Assembly: GCA_032718475.1 (NCBI GenBank)
Contig: JAUCBJ010007289.1
Span: forward strand, 310,001-374,000
Direction: 5' to 3'
DNA length: 64,000 nt
Source: Nemertoderma westbladi
Taxonomy: Eukaryota; Animalia; Xenacoelomorpha
Shown here: piece after piece, positions 1-13,225 of the stretch
Layout of the letters: the number at the start of each line of letters is the position of its first letter
How positions within the stretch are numbered: position 1 is the stretch's first letter
Made by a program: the position numbers and the translations under genes
Notes under the pieces: model-generated
What the model saw: the letters and a program-made list of their open reading frames with translations, nothing else
Database searches by the model: none
What the model was told of the DNA's origin: nothing

Positions 1-515
1 CAGTGCGCCCGCTGCGCCTACCGGTACCTTTAGCCCTCTATGCTAAAACAAATAGCTACCGTATCGGCGCATGCATTCGCAAACAGTCTGACAGTTGAAG
101 GGAAAATCCTTGTTAGGATTTGCTACATCGCAAAGATTAATGAAATCGAAGTCAATCTAAGCAGTAATCATTATTCAAAAGAACAGAAATCAGTATTTTT
201 TTTGCAGTTTATGACATACAGAATTAACGAGAAATGACAAGCAAGAAGATCAAAAAACATTAAATCAACTAACATAGAAAAACTGTACTGCTGTACTGGT
301 GTACTGGCATACACTGACAAACACTGAACAAAATATAGGTATGATGCAATAATTATCTCATTGGTCCAACAATCCCTCCCACCATTAGACTAACCTAAAA
401 CAGCTGGGCCAATGGGGAAGCTGGATTGTGATCCCTTTCGCCCCATTTCACAAATTATTACCATATATGGTAATGAAATATGTCCCGGTGGGCTTATAGG
501 TTTGTGGCCGTAACA
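1..515 (-). mobile_element. Partial LTR, diverged homolog of the LTR at 61062-62027, cut by the window start
   Basis: The reverse complement begins TGTTACGG, like 61062. It shares ATTACCATATATGGTAATAATTTG, the CCAAT region and the GCATGCGCCG..TACGGTAGCTATT..AGGGCTAA block with about 61370-61930. Confidence 0.65.
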
Positions 516-807
516 TTAATTTCGCGATTATTAAAGCACATTTTAGGCGTTATTTTAGCACAAACATCGATTTATAGGGAAATGTAAATAAAATTAGATA
601 TTGGATTCATATTTTGTTTTTAAAGAATTTTGCCACCGCAAATGAATATATCAGGGTTACATTAAAAAAATTACGTAAATAGGGCTACATACTGTATAAA
701 ATCGACTGAATATAAAATGAACTTGTGTATTTTTTATTTACCCTATCTAATTATTACGGTTGCACATCAATACGCACTTATCTAACTTATTTTATACTGT
801 ATAATAA

Positions 808-2291
808 TGGTTCTTTTCGGGGAATCTCATTGATCTCGATTGCTGCAAAGCTATACAATAGGTTTCTATTAAATCGCATCAGGGATCCCATTGAGAGACT
901 GCTCCGTGGAAATCAGAATGGGTTCCGTAAAGGTCGTGGGACCATGGAGCCCATTTTGGCACTTAGAAGGATAATTGAAGAATTATCAAAAAAGAAAGAC
1001 AGGCATCTGGCTGTTGTCTTTGTTGACTTCTTCAAGGCCTTTGATTCAGTCTCTCGCTCACGTATGTTCAGCATACTTTCATTATATGGGATTCCTGATG
1101 AAATTATTGCAGCAATGAGATCAGTATACGATGGTTCGACAACATTTGTGTCTACTGTTGACGGTGACACAGAACCATTTGAAGTGTTATGGGGCGTCGT
1201 CCAAGGAGACACACTTGCACCATTCTCGTTCATTATTGTGGTTGACTATGTTCTACGCATGTCCTTAGATCATCATAATGATGATGGGGTGATGATAACT
1301 CCACCTACTGGCTCCAGAGGTCGAGGAAATCCTGCCAAATACCTAACTGATCTAGACTTTGCTGATGACTTAGGAGTACTCTCAGAATCATTAGAGGGAG
1401 CCCAACGGCTCCTCAGCTCATTAGAACATGCTGCTTCTAGTGTTGGTCTTTTTATTAACTCCAGAAAGACCAAAATGTTGACAGTTAACTTTGAAAGTCC
1501 TCAGCAAGTCTCTGATCGGATGAGCATAAGCTCAAAGGATGGTATGCTTGAGCATGTGGACGACTTCTGTTACCTGAGATCATGGATCCGGAAGTCAGGT
1601 GAGGACCTTCGAATACGTAAGGGAAAGGCATGGGCAGTCTTGAATAGGCTTTCCAGGATTTGGAAGTCACCGAGAATTAATCGGAAACTTAAGGTCCGAT
1701 TATTTAGAGCAGCAGTAGTTCCGGTACTCCTTTACTGGAGTCCATGCTGGGCTCTAACTGCTGAGGAGAACAAATCTCTGGATGGCACATTCACAAGAAT
1801 GCTACGTCTGGTTCATTGTGTCACGTACAATGCACACATCTCCAACCAGACACTATATAACATTGGAGGTGTCTCATTGGTTCCCCCAAGCTTGACACTA
1901 GAACAAAATCGCCTCCGCTTTGCAGGACATTGCTTTCGCCGTGAGGACCAGCCGGTGCATAGTCTTGTACTTTGGCAGCCTCATGGAGTGAATAAGCATG
2001 GTAGACAGCCCATGACTTTCTTGAGACGCATCTTAAAGGACACTGGCCTTGAAGATGCGGATGATCTAGCAAATGTCATGCGTGATAGGGAGTTGTGGCG
2101 GTGCAATTTTGTTGACAAGCCGGCACAGCATTCTTAAAAATGCAGCTGCAATGCGGCATGCCGATCCTAGTATGCGGATGATCTAGCACATGTCATAGGT
2201 GATAGGGAATTGTGGCGGCGCAATTTTGTCGACAAGCCGGTACAGCATTCTTAAAAATGCAGCTGCAATGCAGCATGCCGATCCTAGTAGT
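808..2291 (+). mobile_element. 5'-truncated non-LTR retrotransposon (RTE/RTEX-like): RT and C-terminal region, with a duplicated 3' end and (TAG)n tail
   Basis: ORF 725-2137 contains RGISL, QNGFR, FVDFFKAFDSV, GVVQGDTLAP, LDFADD and RLRFAGHC. The 3' end repeats at about 2173-2291 and ends in TAG repeats. Confidence 0.9.
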
Positions 2292-2410
2292 AAACAGATG
2301 TTAAAATACATATAGTAGTATACAATAGTACAAGCCAACAGCTATCATTAAATAATAATAATAATATATATAATATTAATGCATATTCAAGGTAAATGGT
2401 CGAAGTATTG

Positions 2411-2662
2411 CTTTCGCCGTGAGGACCAGCCAGTGCATAATCTTGTACTTTGGCAGCCTCATGGAGTGAATAAGCATGGTGGACAGCCCATGACTTTCTT
2501 GAGACGCATCTTAAAGGACACTGGCCTTAAAGATGCGGATGATCTAGCAAATGTCATGGGTGATAGGGAGTTGTGGCGGTGCAATTTTGTTGACAAGCCG
2601 GCACAGCATTCTTAAAAATGCAGCTGCAATGCAGCATGCCGATCCTAGTAGTAGTAGTAGTA
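2411..2662 (+). mobile_element. Second, severely 5'-truncated copy of the same LINE 3' end
   Basis: Near-identical to 1933-2170. It has a (TAG)n tail and is flanked by the 12-bp direct repeat GTCGAAGTATTG (2399-2410 and 2663-2674). Confidence 0.85.
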
Positions 2663-2894
2663 GTCGAAGTATTGTTTTATCTTTACAAAAACCAAGATTT
2701 TATCAGCTAACTTACCTACCATCCAATTATACCAATAACTATCCAATTTATTTTCAAGATAATTGCCCTTTTTATTGTTTGCATTTTATATAAATATAGA
2801 ATGGTGGTCGTTCTAACAATAGCAGCCAACCTTCTTTACTTCACCCATCAACCCTCACTTAAACGTAAACTTTATTGTATAAATTGGGACCAAC

Positions 2895-3463
2895 CTTGAA
2901 TCAGTATTTTCATTTCAACCATTTCAACTGGGTTATTCCCAGATAGGCTATACCATCTAGGTCCTTTATTATCTAACGCTCCGTATAATCCATTGAGGTT
3001 GGAGTGCTGACACCCATTGTGCCACCACGCACCTTTATGCAGCTGTGCGCAGTTACCATCTAACTTGTTATCTAAATCGTTGTCATATGTTGTAAATGCC
3101 ATTCCATTGTGGGTGTGTGTGTTGGTCAGCGAATCGCCGGCAGTAGAATCCTGGTTGTATCCAGATACCTTTAGCTCATAGTTGGTGTCAGCAGATAGAA
3201 CTTCAAAGGATGAATATTCTGCATAACTTACGATATCATTGTAGCAAAGTTCTACTCTAAGTTGAACTCCTCCCTGGGTGAGCTGGTGAATGTTTTCGAG
3301 GCCAAGCCAAAACTCGTTGTTTATGTCTCCGAACCCAGCTATGTATTCATCCCAATTTCTATAGAAATCAACAATCCCATTCATTCTTCGTTGAATGACG
3401 ATCCATTGATCTCCTTGTTGATCGTCGTAACGAAGATAACCGTTGAGACTGTTTACAGTGGCA
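2895..3463 (-). pseudogene. Fibrinogen-related domain (FReD) exon, copy A; 5' end and splice acceptor lost
   Basis: Encodes WIVIQRR..DFYRNWDEY..GFG..EFWLGLENIH..GDSL..HNGMAFTTYDND..NCA..GAWW..C..SNLNG. Homology to copy B stops at 3463, where the BEL fragment begins. Donor is CAAG|GTTGGT at 2895/2894. Confidence 0.85.
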
Positions 3464-3472
3464 TTGAGAAGG

Positions 3473-4304
3473 CAAATGTGGCTCGAAAACCACACGTGGG
3501 ATGATCCACTTAAGGGAGAACTGCTAAAGAAGTGGATGAAATGGGAAGATTCTCTACCATCCATCGAGAACTTTAAGATTTCCCGTTCATATTTTGGTCA
3601 CATTCTCCCCACGTATTCCTATCAACTCCATGTGTTTGGAGACGCCAGCGATATGGGAATAGGTATAGTAGCCTACCTGAGGGTTGAAACTCTGGATGGA
3701 ATTAAGGTTGCCTTGGTCGCCTCTAAGGCCCAAATAAACAACAAACTACGAGTTACTAGAGAGGAGTTAAAAGTGGCTATATATGCTACAGCCATCGGCC
3801 GGAATGTAACAGAACAGATCGACTATCCACTGGAGAAAACTGTCTATTGGACTGATGCTTTACTCGTTCTGGAGTATATAACAAATGAAGTCTGTCAGTT
3901 CAGCGTCTTCGTTACCAACAGAGTAGCCATTATACTTAGTCGCTCAAATATAGATCAATGGAGACATTGCCCTGGGACGATTAATCCAGCTGACATCGCC
4001 TCTAGAGGAGCAACTCCTCAAGAACTGATAGATACTCCAGACTGGTTAGGTGGACCCGACTTCCTGAGTAAAGAAGAGGAGGAATGGCCCCCTCATCTCA
4101 CCATGGCGGAGATTAGACAAGCCAAGGGAGCGGAGAAAGTCAAACCTAAAACCCGGACGAGTAAATCAAAGTTATTTAAACCCGTGATAGATCTGTCTGT
4201 ACTACACACCTCCGGGGACGACGCTGTGGATCTAAACTCACCCAATACGACTAGATCCGTTATAGAAATCAGGGAAAGAGACTGGAAATCTGAAACACCA
4301 GATA
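3473..4304 (+). mobile_element. Isolated BEL/Pao pol fragment (RNase H region), same family as element 1
   Basis: LHVFGDASDMGIG, YWTD and WRHCPGTINPADIASRG; collinear with element 1 at about 23600-24420 but in the opposite orientation. Confidence 0.9.
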
Positions 4305-4323
4305 GTTAGGGCTACGGTATATG

Positions 4324-5502
4324 TGTGGCTGGCCACGAGAAAAGGGACCTTATGTCACCGGAGGTCGATTTTGAGTTATTAGGCCTATGAGATGCAGAAT
4401 TTTCCAGAGATTTTAACAAAAAAAACTGTGTCTCAATATCTATTTCCAAAAAAAAGTTATAGCGATTTATGTGAAGGTGAATCGGGTAGCTCTTTTCAAA
4501 ATAATTTTTTTATTAAAAAAAAATGGAAAATATTAATAATATCATAGCAATTCTTACTATATAGCTAGGCAGCTCAATGTTATTCGGCTTTTTATACAAC
4601 TTTTAACACTTTGAAACTATTAATTGTTAATGAACTCTTTAAAAAAAAAATTTCAAAATTTTCAAAAAAACATTTATCCAAAAAATTTTTTTTTTTAATT
4701 TAAAATTTTTTCCAAAAAAGATAATTTTTTTTCAAAAAAATTGTTTTTTTACAAAATTTAAAATTATTCGTATTTTTAATTCTTTATTGGGAATGTTGTA
4801 GATGTTTGTCCACCTTGTCCCACCCATATCGTAGAAGGTGTCTAGAAAATTTCAAAACAAACGGACAGGAATTAACAAAATGACAAGCAATTTACATTTT
4901 AGAACATTATCGTGCCCTATCGGCAGACAATTGATAATTACAGTCTAGGATTAATTCTCCAGTATAATTTTATATTGTAGAAGGTTTCTACAAAATTTCA
5001 AAACAAACGGACAGGAATTAAGAAAATGACAAGCAATTTACATTCTCGAACATTATCGCCCCCTAGCGGAAGACTATTGGAAATTACAGTCTGGGATTCA
5101 TTCTTCAGTGTCAATTAATATCGCAGTAGGTGCTTACAAATTTTCAGAACCAACGAACAGAAATTAACAAAATGACAGCCATATTGCATTTAAAAAATAA
5201 CTGTAGGCCTACAGTACCTACATATTACAGTTAGTACAATTTTATTACAGACCTAAATTCAGACATGAAAACCCTAAAACAGTGGGATATACAATACTGC
5301 AACATGTTATATTGCTTCCTGTAATCCGTTATTTCCTAGGTATATTGAATATCAGAACCAATTTGAATTTCCCTCATCGTTTTATACATTTCTAAATCGA
5401 TAATCCAATTAAATTTGTTCAAAAATAGAGGGAAACTTTAAACGCGATTATCTCAGAATCAGGTTTTGCGACATAAGGTCCCTTTTCTCGTGGCCAGCCA
5501 CA
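4324..5502. mobile_element. Non-autonomous TIR element (MITE-like), about 1.2 kb
   Basis: Perfect 33-bp inverted repeats TGTGGCTGGCCACGAGAAAAGGGACCTTATGTC (4324-4356 and 5470-5502) around a non-coding AT-rich interior. Confidence 0.8.
4830..5190. repeat. About 146-bp tandem repeat (about 2.5 copies) inside the MITE
   Basis: GTAGAAGG..AAATTTCAAAACAAACGGACAGGAATTAA..AAATGACAAGCAATTTACATT recurs near 4831, 4977 and 5123. Confidence 0.75.
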
Positions 5503-6294
5503 TGTGTAGTCTTTACCACCCTTGTACTCTAGCGACCTTCCAGAGAATTTGTTAGTTAGGTGTATAGTTGATTTGCATGCGTCTGGAACAGTTAGCACTT
5601 TGGACGAAAAAGAGCACGTTAGCGTTTCAAGTGCTTTGCCGGTATACACAATACATGTGTGTGTCGAAAGCCATAAATGTCGGAAGCCATAATCTAAATT
5701 AATATCTTCAGCTAAATTGTATGCTTGAGTCATTTTGAACGGTCTCTCCATGGAAATTAATTATTTAGCACCCTACGATTAAAGTTATTTTGCACAGAAA
5801 TTAGATATCTGGAATCCATGTACCCCATTCCATTATAGTTTTTTATGTTTTCAAGTGATTTGCGTTAATAAAGGTATTTTTCATTGATTTAAATATAATT
5901 AACATTGTAAATTCATAGGCTGATTCCATTCTCCACCATAGAGCCTAAGGCATGGCAAGGGCAGCCGTGCCCAATAATATTTCTTGAAGCAAGCTAAAGT
6001 CATTGACTAAGCCAGTGCCTAGGCTAGCACACAAGGACATAACTGTAGTAGTCTTGTAGAAGAAATAGTGCTCCTTCAATACATCTCAACAGACATCAAT
6101 TCATTTGCCTGTGCCTACCATAACATAACATGTATCCTTGATTTCCAATCACCTCTCACCACAATTATTATTAGTAATTAAAAGTTTCAATTCGGTTTGT
6201 CTTTCCGTTATCTGGTTATTCAGTTATTGCATTATTAATAAATAAATGTTTTAAAATATATCTTACGAAATATGGTTAATAATTAAAACTTGTC

Positions 6295-7540
6295 GCTAAC
6301 ATTCTCGCTATGGGGGTGCTGATTACATTTCTGATGTCAGTTTTCACGTTTACATAAATCTAGTCTGTCTGTCTGTCGGTCATTCTGTTAGTCAGTGTGT
6401 CAAAACATAAAAAATAATTCAAATTAACTAACATTCTCGCTATGGGGGTTTTAAGGGGTGCTGATTTCATTTCTGATGTCAGTTTTCAGGTTTACATAAA
6501 TATAGTCTGTCTGTTTGTCGATCTTTCTGTCAGTCAGTCAGTCTGTCAAAACTTAAAAAAGAATACAAACTAACTAACATTCTTGTTGTTGAGGTTTTAA
6601 TGGGTGCTGATTTCATTTCAGATGTCAGTTTTCACGTTTAATAAATATAGTTTGTCTGGCTGTCGGTCTTTCTGTCAGTCAGTCTGTCAAAACTTAAAAA
6701 AGAATACAAACTAACTAACATTCTCGTTATGGGGGTTTAATGGGTGCTGATTTCATTTCAGATGTCAGTTTTCACGTTTAATAAATCTAGTCTGTCTGGC
6801 TGTCGGTCTTTCTGTCAGTCAGTCTGTCAAAACTTAAAAAAGAATACTAACTAACTAACATTCTCGTTGTGGGGGTTTTAATGGGTGCTGATTTCATTTC
6901 AGATGTCAGTTTTCACGTTTAATAAATCTAGTCTGTCTGGCTGTCGGTCTTTCTGTCAGTCAGTCTCTAAAAACTTAAAAAAGAATACAAACTAACTAAC
7001 ATTCTCGCGGTGGGGGTTTTAATGGGTGCTGATTTCATTTCAGATGTCAGTTTTCACGTTTAATAAATCTGGTCTGTCTGGCTGTCGGTCTTTCTGTCAG
7101 TCAATCTGTCAAAACTCAAAAAATAATACAAACTAACTAACAATCTCGTTATGGGGGTTTTAATGGGTGCTGATTTCATTTCAGATGTCAGTTTTCGCGT
7201 TTAATAAATATAGTCTGTCTGGGTGTCGGTCTTTCTGTCAGTCAGTCTGTCAAAACTTAAAAAAGTATACTAACTAACCAACATTCCCGGTTTGGGTTTT
7301 TAAGGGGTGCTGATTTCATTTCTGATGTCAGTTTTCAGGTTTACATAAATATAATCTGTCTGTTTGTCGGTCTATCGGTCTTTCTGTCAGTCAGTCAGTC
7401 TGTCAAAACTTAAAAAAGAATACAAACTAACTAACATTCTCGTTATGGGGGTTTTAATGGGTGCTGATTTCATTTCAGATGTCAGTTTTCACGTTTAATA
7501 AATATAGTCTGTCTGTCTGTCGGTCTTACTGTCAGTCTGT
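6295..7540. repeat. About 140-bp tandem array (about 9 copies)
   Basis: The unit CTAACATTCTCG..GGGTGCTGATTTCATTTCAGATGTCAGTTTTCACG..TCTGTCAGTCAGTCTGTCAAAAC repeats head to tail. Confidence 0.9.
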
Positions 7541-7672
7541 ACTACTGTACTGTGGTTGGCATTACGCCATATACCTAACATTGATAATACAGTCTACAAT
7601 ACAGCCTATCTACAGTACAGAATGGATTTTTTCCCATGAAGAGCACTAAATGTCTTTAATACTGTCCACCAG

Positions 7673-8947
7673 TCCACGAAGCTAAGGAAAATCAACTACT
7701 TTCGCTAAGAAAGATTTTCCTTAGCTGAGATGGTGTATTCATAGTGGGCTATTTTACTTGTATGGGGCAGATTTGGGGTTTTTTGGTCGGGGAAAAAACT
7801 AGCCTTTAAAAGTACCCTGAAATTTTGCATGTATATACAACTCATCAAGGCGCGTCGTGTGGGATGGGTCTCATCTCCAGGAAAAATCTGGTTTCATGGC
7901 AACGGACTTAGAAAAAAGTCTATGTATTTCAAGTCAATATTTGTAACTCTATTTGTAGGAAAACTATAATACATATAAACTAGGGGTTTCTCAACACAAC
8001 TATAAGGTCCATAGCAGAGCCGATTGAGGTTAAATAGAAAATCCAGTTACCTTGGCAACCGGGCTAAACAGATGTTAAAATTTTTAAAATGTTAATTTGA
8101 AGCCTAAGGTTAAGGTTTGATGACTTGGGACCAATCCCTACCCCCACTATATAACTTATTCTGCGTCCGAATTTGATTGTTCTATTTTGCAGTTACCTTG
8201 ACAACCGCTGAAAACAGATGTTTTTATACGAAAATTATTCATTTGTACATAGACTTCACGATAAAATTTTACGAAACTAGGTATGTGTTATCTGGACCAC
8301 TAGTTGGAACTTTTAGTGAAACTCAAAACATTCCAGAAATATCTAGTTACCATGGTAACTGTAGTTTTTTTAAAGTTATATATCATTCAAGTCTATAATC
8401 ATAACTCTATTTTTGGAGAAAAACTGTAATATATATAAACTTGGGGTTTTGCAACTCATCTATAAGGTCCATATCCATATACAAGCCGTTCGAAGTTAAT
8501 TAGAAAATCTATTTACCATAGCAACAAGAGTAAACAGATGTTAAAATTAATAAAATGATAATTTGAAGCACAATTTAATAGTATTATGACTTGGGACCAA
8601 CACCTACCCCCACTATATGACTTATTCTGCATCCGAATTACATTGTTCTATTTTTCAGTTTCCATGACAACCACTGCAAACAGATGCATTTTGATAGAAA
8701 ATCTGTAATTTGGACATAAACTACAATATTTTCTGAAACTCGATGTGTTATCTGAAAAACAATCTGGACTGAATCTTTTTTCAAAGGTAAAACCAACAGT
8801 TCCAGAGAACTCTAGTTTCCATGGGAATAGAAGTTATTTATTGGCAAATGCTACTAAACTAGGCTAAGCAACGAACCAAATTGTGGCCGTTTGTTTAATT
8901 TTCCTTAGCTTCGTGGTTGCATTTCCTTTAGGAAATGCCTTTCTAGT
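7673..8947 (+). mobile_element. Helentron-associated non-autonomous element (HINE/DINE-1-like), copy 1
   Basis: Subterminal inverted repeat CCACGAAGCTAAGGAAAAT/ATTTTCCTTAGCTTCGTGG, a 5' partial inverted repeat, and a 3' hairpin GCATTTCC..GGAAATGC followed by TTTCTAGT. Confidence 0.75.
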
Positions 8948-9173
8948 ATACCTAGACCAAGAGCATTCCAATAAAACATGTATTCCAGCATGACGTCCAC
9001 TGCACGTCTTAGTGTTGTCCATGGTGACATGCACTGGACGTCATCGGCTCTAAGGGGTTAAGAAACACGGTCCCTACTTCGCCCTGTCGAGTCGACACCC
9101 CAGCCATTTTTCACCTATCCTTTTTTAGAGTTTTTAAATTTTTTTGGTATTGGTGAAAGTTCTAGAACATTAG

Positions 9174-10445
9174 TCCACGAAGCTAAGGAAAATCAACTAC
9201 TTTCGCTAAGAAAGATTTTCCTTAGCTGAGATGGTCTATTCATAGTGGGCTATTTTACTTGTGTGAGGCAGATTTGGTTTTTTTTGATCGGTGAAAAAAC
9301 TAGCCTTTAAAAGTACCCTGAAATTTTGCATGTATATACTACTCGTCGAGGCGCATCTTTTGGGCTGGGTCTCATATCCAGGAAAAATCTGGTTTCCATG
9401 GCAACGGACTTAGAAAAAAGTCTATGTATTTCAAGTCAATATCTATAACTCTATTTGTAGGAAAACTATAATAGATATAAACTTGGGGTTTCTCAACACA
9501 ACTATAAGGTCCATAGCAGAGCCGATTGAGGTTAAATAGAAAATCCAGTTACCCTGGCAACCGGGCTAAACAGATGTTAAAATTTATAAAATGTTAATTT
9601 GAAGCCTAAGGTTAAGGTGTTATGACTTGGGACCAACCCCTACCCCCACTATATAACTTATTCTGCATCCGAATTACATTGTTCTATTTTTCAGTTACCA
9701 TGACAACCGCTGGAAACAGATGTTTTTATTCAAAACTTATTCATTTGGACATAGACTTCACGATAAAATTTTACAAAACTGGGTATGTGTTATCTGGACC
9801 ACTGGTTGGAACTTTTAGTGAAACTTAAATTATTCCAGAAATTTAGTTACCATGGTAACTGTAGTTTATTAAACTCTATATCATTCAAATCTATATTGAT
9901 AACTCTATTTGTAGCAAAACTGTAATATATATAAACTTGGGGTTTTGCAACTCATCTATAAGATCCATATCCAAGCCGTTTGAGGTTAATTAGAAAATAC
10001 AGTTACCATAGCAACAAGTCTAAACAGATGTTAAAATTTATAAAATGATAATTTGAAGCACAAGATAATAGTATTATGACTTGGGACTAACCCCTACCCC
10101 CACTATATGACTTATTCTGCATCCAAATTACATTGTTCTATTTTTAAGTTTCCATGACAACCACTGCAAACAGATGCATTTTGATAGAAAATCGGTAATT
10201 TGGACATAAACTACAATATTTTCTGAAACTCAGTACATGTGTTATCTGAACCACAATCTGTACTGAATTTTTTTTCAAAGGTTAAAGCAACAGTTCCATC
10301 GAACTCTAGTTTCCATGGGAATAGAAGTTAATTATTGACAATTGCTACTAAACGAGGCTAAGCAAGCAACGAACCAAAGTGTGGCCGTTTGTTTAATTTT
10401 CCTTAGCTTCGTGGTTGCATTTCCTTTAGGAAATGCCTTTCTCGT
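9174..10445 (+). mobile_element. HINE/DINE-1-like element, copy 2
   Basis: Same termini as copy 1 and a collinear body of about 1.27 kb. Confidence 0.75.
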
Positions 10446-10529
10446 AGATATGATTTTTATGATAGCTACCGGTAGTGTTTTTTTGCTAGCTGGTATTTTT
10501 AGAAATTATAAAGGTATTTTTAGAAATTA

Positions 10530-11794
10530 TCCACGAAGCTAAGGAAAATCAACTACTTTCGCTAAGAAAGATTTTCCTTAGCTGAGATGGTCTATTCATA
10601 GTGGGCTATTTTACTTGTGTGGGGCAGATTTGGTTTTTTTTGACCCCCGGCAAATCTAGCCTTTAAAAGTACCCTGAAATTTTGCATGTATATACTACTC
10701 GACGAGGCGCATCTTTTGGGCCGGGTCTCATTTCCAGGAAAAATCTGGTTTCCATGGCAACGGACTTCAAAAAAAAGTCTATGTATTTCAAGTCAATATT
10801 TATAACTCTATTTGTAGGAAAACTATAATAGATATAAACTTGGGGTTTCGCAACACAACTATAAGGTCCATAGCAGAGCCGATTGAGGTTAAATAGAAAA
10901 TCCAGTTACCTTGGCAACCGGGCTAAACAGATGTTAAAATTTTTAAAATGTTAATTTGAAGCCTAAGGTTAAGGTTTGATGACTTGGGACCAATCCCTAC
11001 CCCCACTATATAACTTATTCTGCGTCCGAATTTGATTGTTCTATTTTGCAGTTACCTTGACAACCGCTGAAAACAGATGTTTTTATACGAAAATTATTCA
11101 TTTGTACATAGACTTCACGATAAAATTTTACGAAACTAGGTATGTGTTATCTGGACCACTAGTTGGAACTTTTAGTGAAACTCAAAACATTCCAGAAATA
11201 TCTAGTTACCATGGTAACTGTAGTTTTTTTAAAGTTATATATCATTCAAGTCTATAATCATAACTCTATTTGGAGAAAAACTGTAATATATATAAACTTG
11301 GGGTTTTGCAACTCATCTATAAGGTCCATATACAAGCCGTTCGAAGTTAATTAGAAAATCTATTTACCATAGCAACAAGAGTAAACAGATGTTAAAATTA
11401 ATAAAATGATAATTTGAAGCACAATTTAATAGTATTATGACTTGGGACCAAGACCTACCCCCACTATATGACTTATTCTGCATCCGAATTACATTGTTCT
11501 ATTTTTCAGTTTCCATGACAACCACTGCAAACAGATGCATTTTGATAGAAAATCGGTAATTTGGACATAAACTCAATATTTTCAAAACTTGGTATGTGTT
11601 GAACCACAATCTGGACTGAATCTTTTTTCAAAGGTAAAACCAACAGTTCCAGAGAATTCTAGTTTCCATGGGAATATAAGTTATTTATTGGCAAATGCTA
11701 CTAAACTAGGCTAAGCAACAAACCAAATTGTGGCCCTTTGTTTAATTTTCCTTAGCTTCGTGGTTGCATTTCCTTTAGGAAATGCTTTTCTCGT
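10530..11794 (+). mobile_element. HINE/DINE-1-like element, copy 3
   Basis: Same termini and body; the small ORFs at 8177 and 11036 are identical by-products of the repeat. Confidence 0.75.
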
Positions 11795-12644
11795 ATTTAA
11801 GGTTAAACTGTTGAAGAATATATTAATGACCAAAATAATTTCCAAAAATTACTAGCTAGTAAAAAAACTAGCATTATACCATAACAAATCTACTAAGGTT
11901 CTAGAACATTCACTAATATAAAAAAGCACTCAAAATCACAAAAAAATAAAGGGACCCTATTGCTTAAGGAGTCAAAATTGTAGAATAAATTCGCGATGTT
12001 TGCGACGTTTGCGAAATTCACAACGTTTGCGAAATTCGCGAAGAATCCGTCAGTTTCTGTGCCCTAATGGGTTCGTGCCGAAACAATCAAATCTTACACA
12101 CTTAACACACACGAACTAATTTAATGTGGGTATTAGTATGCCTGAATAATTAAATACAAATTAAATTTGAACGCTATTTCAACATGAAATCTACGGAATC
12201 AATACACAACACACGCACGCTACTGAATTTAAAAATTTATATAGATTGCAACTTATATTTGGCTACCTTTTAATGGGTGACTAATTTAATTATTCACCCC
12301 TATATAATTGTAGCCTTTTTAATTTGTGCCTTTAATTGAATCAAACATTAAACTAAAATATATGTAACAATATTGATCTGTCTGTAGCTGGTCAATGAAT
12401 CTCTCATAAATGTGTTAATTAGTCGCTGTTCAGTCATTGAACATTTGAACACGTGCTGCTCGAAGACCCCACAACGTGTTGGTCTTACTTACTTACCTAC
12501 CAGTTAGTGAATAATAAATTTATATATTATTATAAAAGAATAATCTCCTCCAGAAACTTTTATACCAACTTTGTCATATCAATAAATAGACTCCAATCTT
12601 ATACAGTACACGTGTAATAATGCTAATGCAAATTTATTTATTAC

Positions 12645-12785
12645 CTTGGCAAATCTGTGGATTGGCGGTTGGTATGAATCCAACTTTACATTCACATTGA
12701 TAGCTTCCCTCATTGTTTGTACAACTTCCAGTTGTAGTGTCACTTCCAATGCATCCGTGAGTATCATTAGCGCACTCATCTACAT
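12645..12785 (-). CDS. Calcium-binding EGF-like domain exon (141 nt, phase 1-1) of the host gene; missed by the ORF track
   Basis: CAG|AT GTA GAT GAG TGC translates DVDECANDTHGCIGSDTTTGSCTNNEGSYQCECKVGFIPTANPQICQ; donor is CAAG|GTAATA. Confidence 0.9.
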
Positions 12786-12966
12786 CTGTTGATTAATTGA
12801 TAATATTATCTATATTATTGTGATATTTAAAATAATCCAGAAAGGACTATCGAAAGCAATAAAACCAAGATCTAAGTAAATTTATGCTGATCAAATAAGA
12901 ACCGATGACTTAGTTCAACATGTGTACTTAATTGCTAAATTATAATTACACCTAATTTGCTAATAT

Positions 12967-13001
12967 TACTACTATTGGCGTGCTGCATTGCAGTTGCATT
13001 C
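12967..13001 (-). mobile_element. Tiny 3'-end remnant related to the LINE at 808-2291
   Basis: The reverse complement GAATGCAACTGCAATGCAGCACGCCAATAGTAGTA matches the LINE 3' UTR and tail. Confidence 0.5.
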
Positions 13002-13225
13002 TATATGTGTATTCTGGTGTAAAATTTAATGGGATTCCGAATCCGAAATCCGTCATCTTATCGAAAAACTGATTTCAAATTCGCATCACCATAACGTTTT
13101 ATAGAGGAAAGCACTTAAAACTGTCGAAAAAAGACTGCAACTGCAAGTTCTAGCAACCAACCTTATTTATTTCACCCATCAACCCTCACTTATACGTAAA
13201 CTTTATTGTATAAATTGGGACCAAC

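Noticed and set aside
2872-3564. The 230-aa ORF as a complete FReD gene
   Set aside because: Its first 33 or so codons are the antisense strand of the BEL fragment, so the ORF is a chance fusion.
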